Part shown: one piece after another, positions 49,001-56,542 of the stretch
Numbering within the stretch: position 1 is the first letter of the stretch
How the letters are laid out: each line of letters starts with the position of its first letter
Source: Candidatus Omnitrophota bacterium
Lineage (GTDB): Bacteria; Omnitrophota; Gorgyraeia; Zapsychrales; Zapsychraceae
Reading direction: 5' to 3'
Assembly: GCA_050250375.1 (NCBI GenBank)
Contig: JBFWOS010000002.1
Location: 453,149-517,148 of the forward strand
DNA length: 64,000 bases
Notes under the pieces: generated by a model
Database searches by the model: none
What the model was told of the DNA's origin: nothing
The model's input: the letters and a program-made list of their open reading frames with translations, nothing else
Position numbers and translations under genes: made by a program

Positions 49001-50330
49001 TCTCAAATCCGTCAAGATTGGTCCCGTAGAATTCGTTTCTCAAATTCCGCAACTCTTCCGTTAGGTTCACCGGATGCAGGATTTTGATTTGTTTCCTCGC
49101 GATCATCTGGCGCAGGGTGTCGTCTGATAAAGGTGCTGCCTCGTCTTCGCCGGACAACATGGCGGTGTCCGCGTTGGCCCCGATGTCGTATAAATCGGCG
49201 GTGACCTTAAAGAGCCGGGTATTCTGCGCGGAGTAATCATTAAGCATGGCCTGGTCCCCGGGGGTCAATGCGGCCGGGTCGCCGGTCAGGACGCGTAAAT
49301 TCCGCTGCTGGACGGGAAGCAGCCCGCCGGAAAAATATTGCCGGGGTAACACCTTGTGACTGACCGGGTCGACGTCTTCTCGGATAAAATTATACACCCC
49401 CACTGTAAAGGCCTTCATATACTGCTCATAGATTTTAGCGTTGAGCGTTTCATCCGCCGAGTCAATGCCCCGGATTTTATTGCGGTTCACATACGTCTGG
49501 GCCAGCAGGCTTTTTTTCAGCGTCATTTTATACCAGGTGGCAAGGATCATGGCGTGATACATCTGGCGCAGCGGGGCAAATGTCTTGCCGTTGTTCACTT
49601 CCTTTTCAATTTCCGGGATGATGTGTTCCCGGATCAGGCCGGTCAAACGCTGGTCGTCTTTGACGGCTGATTCATCCGTCGGCCGGGCGGCATCCAGGTA
49701 ATCCTTTTCCAGCATGACGGTCAGGTGGCTTTGGATCACGTAAGCGCCCTGGGTGTGTTCGTACACCACCGCGTTGTCCGGAACGATCCAGATTTTATGC
49801 AGGAAATCATTAATATCCATTTCCGGCGCATTGGTCTCTTTCAGCGCTTTGGACCAGAAGGTCCGGCCGGGCTCCTGGTCGGGATGCAGGAGCGACGCCG
49901 TTAATTGTTTCAATAAATAGTCCTGGCTTAACAAATCCCGCCCCATCCCGGTCCGGCCCAGCCCTTCGGCCACCATCCGGTTTTGTTCGTGGGGTGATAA
50001 ATTGACCCACATTTCATCTTCGGGGACGGTTAAGGACGCTAAAAAATATTTGATCAGCCGGGCGGATTCATCCTGGAATTCGGCGCGGCCGTAGGGGTCG
50101 CCGCCGGCCTTGATCATAAAATCAAAACGCAAAGGGTGTTCGGGGTTAAGGATGATGCCGGTCAGCAGGGCGGGTGTGTAATTTTCCGTCGGTGTGATCA
50201 GGGTTCCGGGCACGGGCAGGTGGCTGGTCTGGGCAAGAAGTACAGACGGCGCCGCGAGTTGTATTAAGAAGACAAACGCGGTGGCGCAAACCAGGGCTTT
50301 AAATCCGAATTGTCGCGAAGAACGTGCCAT
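43041..50330 (-). CDS. Giant modular exported protein (2429 aa), family member 2
   Basis: Same N-domain (…WVNLSP…QDYLLKQL…YFSGG) and GGIDLNP C-domain; AceK-like domain and two D-2-hydroxyacid dehydrogenase-like repeats. Confidence 0.9.
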   Translation of the reverse strand: MARSSRQFGFKALVCATAFVFLIQLAAPSVLLAQTSHLPVPGTLITPTENYTPALLTGIILNPEHPLRFDFMIKAGGDPYGRAEFQDESARLIKYFLASLTVPEDEMWVNLSPHEQNRMVAEGLGRTGMGRDLLSQDYLLKQLTASLLHPDQEPGRTFWSKALKETNAPEMDINDFLHKIWIVPDNAVVYEHTQGAYVIQSHLTVMLEKDYLDAARPTDESAVKDDQRLTGLIREHIIPEIEKEVNNGKTFAPLRQMYHAMILATWYKMTLKKSLLAQTYVNRNKIRGIDSADETLNAKIYEQYMKAFTVGVYNFIREDVDPVSHKVLPRQYFSGGLLPVQQRNLRVLTGDPAALTPGDQAMLNDYSAQNTRLFKVTADLYDIGANADTAMLSGEDEAAPLSDDTLRQMIARKQIKILHPVNLTEELRNLRNEFYGTNLDGFEMIRQKAMTVYDFIDRIPLSGYEGGYLLGFDTWQHSYPALAAVSGLSTWQESFQEFFTEDNVPAEKLLEAVTSRATEDKPVFVLVPRDLFSHPQRDELAREMEWFIDNPDKTEHVHFVFGAYNTITPSDWNQSSLSAQNDLTDDQRQQMFKFILRHRADYSKKTILDYRAGPYETTLNAAVTEFQHSFEEYYLHFKRTTDKARIFFRDKDWRGNLIYSQMRLEMQESISNQTTQIIGMILGEYIDDVHIWDEIRTMLRHNYETQEDYYKQDLLLSFLDSVMSRLTYFPLRKDYKTTPVSGIRTPADKVIHQHPYQGPQALRETVQAILNDFDLRDLYETPDTDIEITAAMLEEQLSHLPADVEIKGIEVLKPLFYRNKAAYVVGRFLTNDKPVPLIIALKHPNNGVVIDAVVTDYLTSKNLLLSSTRSSFMINAPDFPEVIRFIADIFPEVSLAQIYDLVGLTQRSQQIYLGELYEQMEQSGNRLQYLGDGDQSITMAVPGSPIVIKVIRDNAPNRGHIVDTYRDIHKSNRHGQLLDSWAYSNVRFPISMVDPELVDLLKREAGADIFVDETHITFINMFAQRHITPVADIWAQSDAAAQLDILIKIGWNIKHLASMGIFPLDMSLRHFGITSWGRVVYMNNAGLGRIEETEFRTAPSYRKVQPPVVTLPAREDSKNRFRVYPGLLFAELKIPLIFQKEFTRIHGDLFQPDFWNSVKWRMDTNQLPDIFPYPNQYRLSSHRIAKVLTSMGIPHTDDTIDRMVSGPKLEVTETTMHGLKFLVLKVPNPRARILVVEPIGPDIISMLHKKMGNVDFDIIQPDSEIVEDDTANWIPGVRGKLKDLVKAKHYDYVLGYVNETFDQEFFDTSEIKGLILFSTGVHNIDLDAASRNDIVVTNAPGPTTVAVAEQNIGLMLDSIYAGKVLSEETLATGRMTDLVRETGADPDAQAQIIWYRLLQQSLKLNEMFTFATKGRYVRTGVGAQATVYHDQLGQNKEADIHTSLGILGLDSVGERLIEMAITHELSTIYVDEDEYKNLDETAKERFQSLIKTMEENKRKYDMKISIKPLPKEVLVEVSDYTIATPAARQNRTLSDFLDAHPIDVDPQTIFIKDPATLSLSLAGLKVGIQGLGRIGKAVAQRVIALRATALINQRESTRPMYTEKIDFLNSLSFFMLRDAGPEQQRAVFVDLDHFMQQSNIITTLTPLTTETESWIDAEKLEQFGVSAKGDVRAIVSQVKNLIDEEALLHYLRDRPDVEVRLDVVNQEEKGDAHQRFRDASNNPLPNIKVAGHTAAAVPQVRRLKVQRALDNLERLMNFQVPHNILNGHVLYHKETDVTLAGLKFKRMTSQRGKTNVLVVEPLNPDMIEALRDNFSDINFDIIGSESEVVEKDGRLIAGIDPNVGQIVSQKDYDFCVGYCNTRFDDAFFEKADLKGLVLFATAEHNIDLDAATRHQTVVTTAPGPTTIAVAEQNIALALDGVYGQLVSFEQTPGSVKLSGVKPKTNEERLNAAHIMWYMLLKKALKLDEMFEFGRSGKYAKTGVSPDSTVYHDQIGQNDEAGIHTTIGILGLQTAGVNLLETAVIHQAATIYVLRKEYEQLSESTRRRIQDLIQTIIKNSEIKGISINLKLVEESELVRSSDYILKTPSDKAYKSLRDKEKVKGVVIDADQIFIKDSNVLQTGLARQTFGVHGIRRIGTALAKRALAFGVNLLIDTESMDTRDLEAKHDAFSQIADNRRKVYGPGMKAPAYADKMDFFRRSNIVTTLDDSSKQRNVEWVNEEALQQFGLDAEGPVRVLINASKFQVDENALIHYAIEHPGVQIRLDVLNDEGESQRRFVNDEGEQLTNVKLSGHTAAAVWKVRQFKIARAMLNLRRLIDGKIPENVLNPEVLAHVRTSDPKKDHMMSAEEQTIKSVGGIDLNPRWLDLQIKRDDFGIPLPIQEQPLELMHIGGYFPVIIDIRPVLYLPFILGHAGPNEETPAAPKLTLAR

Positions 50331-50415
50331 GAGTTAAACCTGTCCGTTTTTATGGATCACAGTCAACAAAAATAATCCGTTCACGGTTATTTTTGATTTG
50401 TTTTTGCACAGTTTT

Positions 50416-50508
50416 AACTAAAGTTATTATTGCAAACTGGAAGGATTGGGGAATTTGGAATCAATATTGAATTGATATAAGAATATATTGTTTTAATATT
50501 ATTGTCAA
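50416..50508 (-). promoter_or_regulatory. Promoter and conserved two-box leader of giant gene 2
   Basis: TTGACA-17-TATTCT (50508-50480); boxes at 50444-50463 and 50416-50427 identical to those upstream of giant gene 1. Confidence 0.7.
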
Positions 50509-50549
50509 ATAATATTCTAAATTCCCCCGCTTTTATTTATAATAGCTTC

Positions 50550-51614
50550 ATGACTACTTCCGTGTCGAACTCCAGTCTTCAGGAACTGATCAGCCAGATC
50601 AGCTCCATTTATCTTAAGGCGCAGGACGATTCTAAAAAACAGGTCAACCAGATCATTGTCGAGGCGTACTGGCAGATCGGCCGGCGGATCGTTGAGGTCG
50701 AACAGAAAGGCCGGCAGCGGGCGGTTCAGGGGGACGAACTCCTGATCAACCTCTCCAGAGCATTGAGCGAAACGTTGGGAAGCGGGTTTTCCATCACCAA
50801 TCTGCAATACATGCGGCAGTATTTCCTGGCTTACCCAAAACACCACGCGCGTGGTGATTTGCCCTGGACCCATTACCGCACCCTGCTGACGGTCAAAGAT
50901 CCGGAATTGCGGGCCTATTACGAAAAACAGGCCAGCACACACCAGTGGAGCAGCCGTGACCTGGACCGGTATTTAAAGCTGGACAAAGTGGAGCGGGAAC
51001 GTATTGCTTTGTCCGGTTCTAACCCAAAAGAGACGTCTGACCCGGAACCTGCTTTTGAGATTGTCCGGGGTCCCTTATACACTTATTCCCTGACCAATGC
51101 ACCGATGGGTCCATCCATTCAAAGCCCTTTGATGGTGGACTGCGGTTTTCAGATCTTTAAAGAAATGACTTTCAAAAAGATCGGCCCGCTCAAGAGCGGG
51201 GATCTCGTTTCCTGCAAAAAAACGTCCGATGATTTTCAGCTACGCAAGACCGACCTCCCTCCCGGCCGGCTTTATGTTTACAAGGCCCTGGTGGAACGGG
51301 TGGTTGACGGCGACACGCTCCTTTGCCTGATCGATGCGGGCTTCCACAATTGGACCCGCCAGCGTCTGCGTCTTCGCAACATCAACACCCCGGAAATCAA
51401 CACCCCCCGCGGCCAAAAGGCCAAGGCGTTTGTACAGGAATCCCTCACCCATTGCGAGTTTGTGATTGTCAAAACCTACAAGACCGATAAATATGACCGG
51501 TATCTCGCGGATGTCTTTTATCTGAACGGCGTGAAATATCCCGACGTGGTGGCCGAAGAAGGACGATTGCTCAACCAGGATTTGGTTGAGAACAATCTTG
51601 CAAGTTTGTATTAA
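50550..51614 (+). CDS. DUF1016 (YhcG) N-terminal domain fused to a thermonuclease (SNase-like) domain
   Basis: YWQIGRRIVEVEQKG, GFSITNLQYMRQYF, LPWTHYRTLL, WSSRDL; then VERVVDGDT, RLRNINTPE, DKYDRYLADV. Confidence 0.85.
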   Translation: MTTSVSNSSLQELISQISSIYLKAQDDSKKQVNQIIVEAYWQIGRRIVEVEQKGRQRAVQGDELLINLSRALSETLGSGFSITNLQYMRQYFLAYPKHHARGDLPWTHYRTLLTVKDPELRAYYEKQASTHQWSSRDLDRYLKLDKVERERIALSGSNPKETSDPEPAFEIVRGPLYTYSLTNAPMGPSIQSPLMVDCGFQIFKEMTFKKIGPLKSGDLVSCKKTSDDFQLRKTDLPPGRLYVYKALVERVVDGDTLLCLIDAGFHNWTRQRLRLRNINTPEINTPRGQKAKAFVQESLTHCEFVIVKTYKTDKYDRYLADVFYLNGVKYPDVVAEEGRLLNQDLVENNLASLY

Positions 51615-51623
51615 ATAAATTCT

Positions 51624-52628
51624 TTATTCGGCTTTGGATTTTCTTGTCATTAAATTCGCGACGGCTTCGGCGGGTTCTTTGCCTTTGTAGAGGATGTTGT
51701 AGATTTCTTCGGTGATCGGCATTTCGATTTCATATTTTTGGGCGAGTTTGAAGGCGCTCTTGGCGGTCTCCACTCCCTCGGCGACCATGTCCATGGAATT
51801 GAGGATTTTATCGATGGGTTTGCCCCGGCCGATCTGTTCCCCGACGGAGCGGTTGCGGCTGTCGGGACTGGTGCAGGTCGTCACCAAGTCGCCCAGTCCG
51901 CTTAACCCGTTAAATGTTTTGGCCTTGGCCCCCATCGCTTTTCCCAGCCGGGAAATCTCGGTCAGTCCCCGGGTCAGGATCGCGGCCTTGGTGTTGGACC
52001 CGTAACCCAGCCCGTCACACACCCCGCAGGCCAGCGCGATCACGTTCTTCAGGCTGCCGCCGAGTTCCACCCCGGCCACGTCCGGGTTGGTGTAAATCCG
52101 GAAGGTCTGGGAATGAAAAATGGCCTGGAGTTTCTTGGCGATCGACATGTTTTTGCAGGCGATGACCGCGGTGGTCGGGATCTTTTTCGCCACTTCAACG
52201 GCGATGGTCGGTCCGGACAGGACCGCGATGTTATTGCGTTCGAGCTCCCGTTCAATGATCTGGGAAATACGCAGCAGGCTGTCGTGGTCGAATCCCTTGG
52301 TCACGCTCAGGATGATCTTGTCGGTCAGGTCGACCTTGGTTTTTTTGATCTGTTTGAGGACATCCGCCGTGAATTTTGACGGAACGGCAAAGACGATGAT
52401 TTCACAATGGGCCAGGGCCGCGGCCAGGTCGGCTTCCGGCGTGATTAATTTGGCCAAACGGACTCCGGGCAAAAATTTGGAGTTGTAGCGGTTCTTTTTC
52501 ATCTGGCGGACATAATCCGGAAACGGTCCCCAGAGGTTGACCGGGTAATTGTTGCTGGCGAGGTGAACGGCCAGGGTCGTCCCCCAGCTGCCGTCGCCAA
52601 TGATGCTGATCGTGTTTACTTTAGTCAT
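51624..52628 (-). CDS. gpsA: NAD(P)H-dependent glycerol-3-phosphate dehydrogenase
   Basis: GDGSWGTTLA, LSGPTIA.EV, ELGGSLKNVIA, GLGDLVTTC...SRNR. Confidence 0.96.
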   Translation of the reverse strand: MTKVNTISIIGDGSWGTTLAVHLASNNYPVNLWGPFPDYVRQMKKNRYNSKFLPGVRLAKLITPEADLAAALAHCEIIVFAVPSKFTADVLKQIKKTKVDLTDKIILSVTKGFDHDSLLRISQIIERELERNNIAVLSGPTIAVEVAKKIPTTAVIACKNMSIAKKLQAIFHSQTFRIYTNPDVAGVELGGSLKNVIALACGVCDGLGYGSNTKAAILTRGLTEISRLGKAMGAKAKTFNGLSGLGDLVTTCTSPDSRNRSVGEQIGRGKPIDKILNSMDMVAEGVETAKSAFKLAQKYEIEMPITEEIYNILYKGKEPAEAVANLMTRKSKAE

Positions 52629-52732
52629 AAATTCAGTCCAATCGCTGTTAACCCGTTAAAATTATACACAGGTTTTATTCGACTTAAAGTGAATTTCACG
52701 AAAATTTAAAACGGCCGAAAATCGGCCCCGGA

Positions 52733-54598
52733 TCATTTGTTGACTTGGAAAAGGACGAACGTTTCGTTTTCGTGGCGTTTGATGAGGGCGGAATTGCTGT
52801 TTTTCGGGGCGGCAAAACGGGTAAAAACAATGTAATCCGCCTTGTATTTGGCCAGGCCGTTGACGATGGCCGACTGCAGCGGTCCGTCGGGGATGACCTT
52901 AAAATGTTCGATGTCGGAGATCCGCTGTTTCCACTCTTTGAGGGCCGCGTAATCAAAACCGACAATCCCGCAGTCCCGGTAAGACACGATGATCTCGCGT
53001 TCCGACCCGATGCGGAAACCGCCCATTTCCATGTTGTGCGGGACCATCAAGAGCGCGTCCTTGGGCGTGTTCTGTTTAACAAACTGTTGCATCTCCTCCC
53101 AGTTGCGCTGCAGCTGCCAGAACCCCCCGCCTTTGGTGGTGATCCGGACATAATGGTAATGCAGGATTCCGAAATAAACCAGCATCACGGCCAGCGGGAT
53201 CAGCAGAAAACAGACCCTGGCGCACTTTACCGCCCCCTGTCCTTTCCTGAACGATAAAATCCCGTACAGGAGGCTTAAGCTCAGCGCACTGCCGGCCAGG
53301 AATTTCAATTTGCTTCCGGATAAATCAAAGTGCCGGTAAAGGACATAATACAGGACGGCAACCAGCGCGATATCCACGAGGCTGATCCATCCGATCTTCT
53401 CATCCGAATGACCGGTGACCACCGGTTCGCGGCGGCGGACCGCAACTGCCAGGGCCGTGACCGCCAAAATCAAGACGCCGATGATGTCCTTAAAACACAG
53501 CAGCATAAACAGGACCGCGGCCCAATACGCCTGGCTCAGGTTCTGCCCTTCCATTTTGCGTCCGATCCACACCGTCGTGTATCCCATCAGGATGAAATTC
53601 AGATACTGGGTGTTGCGGATGAGGTTCAGGTCGATGATAAAACGGCTGGGCACGTTGTATGAAAAAATGAAAGAAATAACCAGCAGTCCGAAAGCGCCCA
53701 GACAAACCGCCTGCGATTGTTTTGACTGACGGAACGGTTCGTTGAAGATTAGATTGAACAGATACAGGGCCATCAAAAACAGGTACGGTCCCAGGGCGAA
53801 CAGCGCTGTGGCGAAACCGGAAAAGACTTCCGTCAGCGGCCTGGTCTGGAATAGAAAATTCTGCGGGCAGGCCAGCATAAAGAGTTCCTGCCAGCCGTCG
53901 TAGAAACCGGGTGCGGCCTCGGGTCGGCTGAGTTTGTTCTGAATCATCCAGACCAGAAACGGCAGCGCGCTCATCACAAAAGCCGCGGAGGAAATCAGCA
54001 GTTGTTTAAAGCGCCGGTCCAAAAGCAGGTACAGACAAGCGTACATCATCGGAAACAATGCGTACAGGGCGTTAAAGTTGGCGGCGGCGCCGAACAGGAC
54101 GGCCGCGAGCACAGTCCGGTCCCTGTAAAGATAATAGATCCCGGCCATGATGACGGCCAGGGCGAATTCCTGGTGCGAAAAGGTGCGGTACAAAAATTCC
54201 TCGGTCCTCCCGATTAGAAATGACATCAGGACGGCGCTCACCCCAATCAAGGTGCTGCCCGAGACATGCCTCCACAATTTCAGGGAAAAGAAAAACAGGA
54301 AATAACGGCTGAGCAGATAAAGAAAAAGATAAGCCGCCGGGACCTGCTCGACACGGATGATTTTTGCCAAAAGCGGATAAAGATACGAGGTGAAATTTTT
54401 GGCCAGGCTCTCGACATAATAATCACCTTGGTAAAGTTCAGGATCAATAAGGTGTTTTAATAAGGGGATTTCAAGCGCCTGGTCGTCCCAGGCGTAGATG
54501 TAGCGGTTGGTCAGTAAAAACAGGGCCAGGATTATTCCGGTCAGAAGCCACTGGTTTTGGAAGAACTGTTTGAAATTATTTCCAGACAAAGACTTCAC
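52733..54598 (-). CDS. Polytopic membrane protein, probably glycan-related
   Basis: Many TM helices; overlaps the upstream GT2 gene. Confidence 0.7.
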   Translation of the reverse strand: MKSLSGNNFKQFFQNQWLLTGIILALFLLTNRYIYAWDDQALEIPLLKHLIDPELYQGDYYVESLAKNFTSYLYPLLAKIIRVEQVPAAYLFLYLLSRYFLFFFSLKLWRHVSGSTLIGVSAVLMSFLIGRTEEFLYRTFSHQEFALAVIMAGIYYLYRDRTVLAAVLFGAAANFNALYALFPMMYACLYLLLDRRFKQLLISSAAFVMSALPFLVWMIQNKLSRPEAAPGFYDGWQELFMLACPQNFLFQTRPLTEVFSGFATALFALGPYLFLMALYLFNLIFNEPFRQSKQSQAVCLGAFGLLVISFIFSYNVPSRFIIDLNLIRNTQYLNFILMGYTTVWIGRKMEGQNLSQAYWAAVLFMLLCFKDIIGVLILAVTALAVAVRRREPVVTGHSDEKIGWISLVDIALVAVLYYVLYRHFDLSGSKLKFLAGSALSLSLLYGILSFRKGQGAVKCARVCFLLIPLAVMLVYFGILHYHYVRITTKGGGFWQLQRNWEEMQQFVKQNTPKDALLMVPHNMEMGGFRIGSEREIIVSYRDCGIVGFDYAALKEWKQRISDIEHFKVIPDGPLQSAIVNGLAKYKADYIVFTRFAAPKNSNSALIKRHENETFVLFQVNK

Positions 54599-55280
54599 GG
54601 AGATTTTCCCACATGTAAGCCGCTCCCCACTTCAGGACCTGCAATTTGGCTACCCCGCCCTCCCGGGCCGGTTCATCGCCGGGGATCTCGGTAATCTTCA
54701 GATTTCGTTTGGCGGCGCGGATCGACAAAAGCGGTTCCCAGCTCACAACGGTCCGGAACAGTTTTTCTTCAAAGGCGTAACTTTCATCCTTGTCGAGGTC
54801 CAGTTCCTGGATCAGGTCTTTGCGGTAAATCCGGTAAATCACCATCGCGTCGTGGTAACGGTGTCCGTGCAGCAGGCTGATCGAGGTGGAAAACATCCAG
54901 TTCCCGAACGAGGTGACCGGTGTGTCGTCGTAACTTTTGGCGCCCGCCGCATACCGGGAGACAATAACCATGTCGTACCCTTTTTTAAATGTTTCAATCG
55001 CCCGGGGGATCAGTTCGGGGATGGAATTGCCGTCAGGGCTGAACGTGAGGATGACGTCCCCTTTTACATGCGGCAGGCATTCCATGTAGGCGTGGCGCAT
55101 GCCCATCTTTTTTTGGATGACCACGTCATAGCCCTGTTCACGGGCGTATTCGACCGTTCCATCGGTGGACTGGCCGTCCACCACCAGGATCTGGTCGACC
55201 CATGCACGGTCGACTTTCGGCATGATCTCTTTCATGCCGGTGATTTCATTCAAGGTTGGAACAACGAGCGTTATCTTCAT
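54576..55280 (-). CDS. Glycosyltransferase family 2 (DPM synthase-like)
   Basis: VVPTLNE, VVDGQSTDGT, GYDMVIVSRY, R.GG..K. Confidence 0.9.
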   Translation of the reverse strand: MKITLVVPTLNEITGMKEIMPKVDRAWVDQILVVDGQSTDGTVEYAREQGYDVVIQKKMGMRHAYMECLPHVKGDVILTFSPDGNSIPELIPRAIETFKKGYDMVIVSRYAAGAKSYDDTPVTSFGNWMFSTSISLLHGHRYHDAMVIYRIYRKDLIQELDLDKDESYAFEEKLFRTVVSWEPLLSIRAAKRNLKITEIPGDEPAREGGVAKLQVLKWGAAYMWENLREVFVWK

Positions 55281-55408
55281 AATAATAAAACATTATACCG
55301 TCTGTTTATTAAAGTGGAAGGTTTAATTTTGATAAAAGCGGCCGAAGGATTATGGGCCGCCAAATTCATCTGAATGTGGTGAGTTTCACCAGTTTGCCTT
55401 TGGCAAAA

Positions 55409-55482
55409 TGGAGCGGGCGATGAGAATCGAACTCACGTATCTAGCTTGGAAGGCTAGTGTTCTACCACTGAACTACGCCCGC
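55409..55482 (-). tRNA. tRNA-Gly (TCC)
   Basis: GCGGGCGTAGTTCAGTGGTAGAACA-CTAGC CT TCC AA GCTAG-...GTTCGATTC...CCCGCTCCA. Confidence 0.96.
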
Positions 55483-55581
55483 AAAAATTTCTGAAGAGAT
55501 TTTTGCGACGCTCGTTATAAACCTTCCGGTTCATGACGGCCCGCAAGAATTCACGATGAGGATTTTTTCCTTTGGAAAAAA

Positions 55582-55666
55582 TGGTGGGCAGTGGAGGATT
55601 CGAACCCCCGAAGGGAAACCCAACAGATTTACAGTCTGTCCTCGTTGACCGCTTGAGTAACTGCCC
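55582..55666 (-). tRNA. tRNA-Tyr (GTA)
   Basis: GGGCAGTTACTCAAGCGG...ACAGA CT GTA AA TCTGT, long variable arm, GTTCGAATCC...CCCACCA. Confidence 0.96.
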
Positions 55667-55765
55667 AAAGTACTGATAAAGAACTCTAACAAAGTTTAAC
55701 TAAATAATAAGCAGTAAGTTGAAGAATCAATCCGCAACTTACTGCTTGCCGTTAACTTCTTAGAA

Positions 55766-55841
55766 TGGAGCTGGCGAGAGGCTTCGAACCCCCGACCTGC
55801 TGATTACAAGTCAGCTGCTCTACCAACTGAGCTACGCCAGC
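55766..55841 (-). tRNA. tRNA-Thr (TGT)
   Basis: GCTGGCGTAGCTCAGTTGGTAGAGCA-GCTGA CT TGT AA TCAGC-...GTTCGAAGC...CAGCTCCA. Confidence 0.96.
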
Positions 55842-56071
55842 AAAGCTGAAATTTATCGTATAATTTCAAAAAATCTCTGAAAACGAGTCCTATTTATACC
55901 AGATTTATAGTGGGCTGTAAAGAATGTTTTTTTGAGTTTTGGATATACAAGACATTGGACGATTGGTTGATATGACGCAACAATTTAAGAGAGACTTGGT
56001 TCGATGGGTTTCTTTTTTATAATTCGTTTTTAGGGTTTTAAGTGAATTTTATTGAGAAAAATGTACGTTAA

Positions 56072-56105
56072 AGAAAAGGCCACCACAGATGTGGTGGCCT
56101 TTTCT
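56072..56105 (-). terminator. Intrinsic terminator
   Basis: AGAAAAGGCCACCACA-GA-TGTGGTGGCCTTTTCT perfect hairpin just downstream of 56116-56442. Confidence 0.85.
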
Positions 56106-56115
56106 GGGGCAGTTT

Positions 56116-56442
56116 TTATTTACCCTCTGTCCATAATTTTTGCAGTTTTGCCCGGAAGTCTTCTTTAGACTTTGCTTGGGCAATTGTTGACTGCCAACAA
56201 ACACCCATGGCTTCCAAGGTGGCGTCAGCGACCTTGTCCATCATCGGTCCCCACGCTTTTTGGATCTTGGGTTTAAGGATATCCACCTGGACTTGCTGGA
56301 CGGCTTGTTTAAACGCCTGGTTCCACATGTCAACCCCGCATGAAAAAGGGTCTGCGCTTGTGGTCGGACATTTTCCTTGAGCGGTTTGTGAGCTTGTTTC
56401 GCAGCAAGCATCTTGTTCTGATGTGTTACATTGATTTCCCAT
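56116..56442 (-). CDS. Small protein with Cys-rich N-terminus
   Basis: 108-aa ORF with RBS, own promoter and terminator. Confidence 0.7.
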   Translation of the reverse strand: MGNQCNTSEQDACCETSSQTAQGKCPTTSADPFSCGVDMWNQAFKQAVQQVQVDILKPKIQKAWGPMMDKVADATLEAMGVCWQSTIAQAKSKEDFRAKLQKLWTEGK

Positions 56443-56475
56443 TTTATTTCTCCCTGTTAAAAATAGTTTTGTTTA

Positions 56476-56523
56476 TGTACCGTACGGTACAGAAAATATA
56501 TACCATTCGGTACACTTTGTCAA
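56476..56523 (-). promoter_or_regulatory. Tandem TetR-type operators overlapping a promoter
   Basis: Perfect palindrome TGTACCGTACGGTACA (56476-56491); degenerate copy TATACCATTCGGTACA (56499-56514); TTGACA at 56523-56518. Confidence 0.75.
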
Positions 56524-56542
56524 TGATTTTTAAGGGGTAAAA

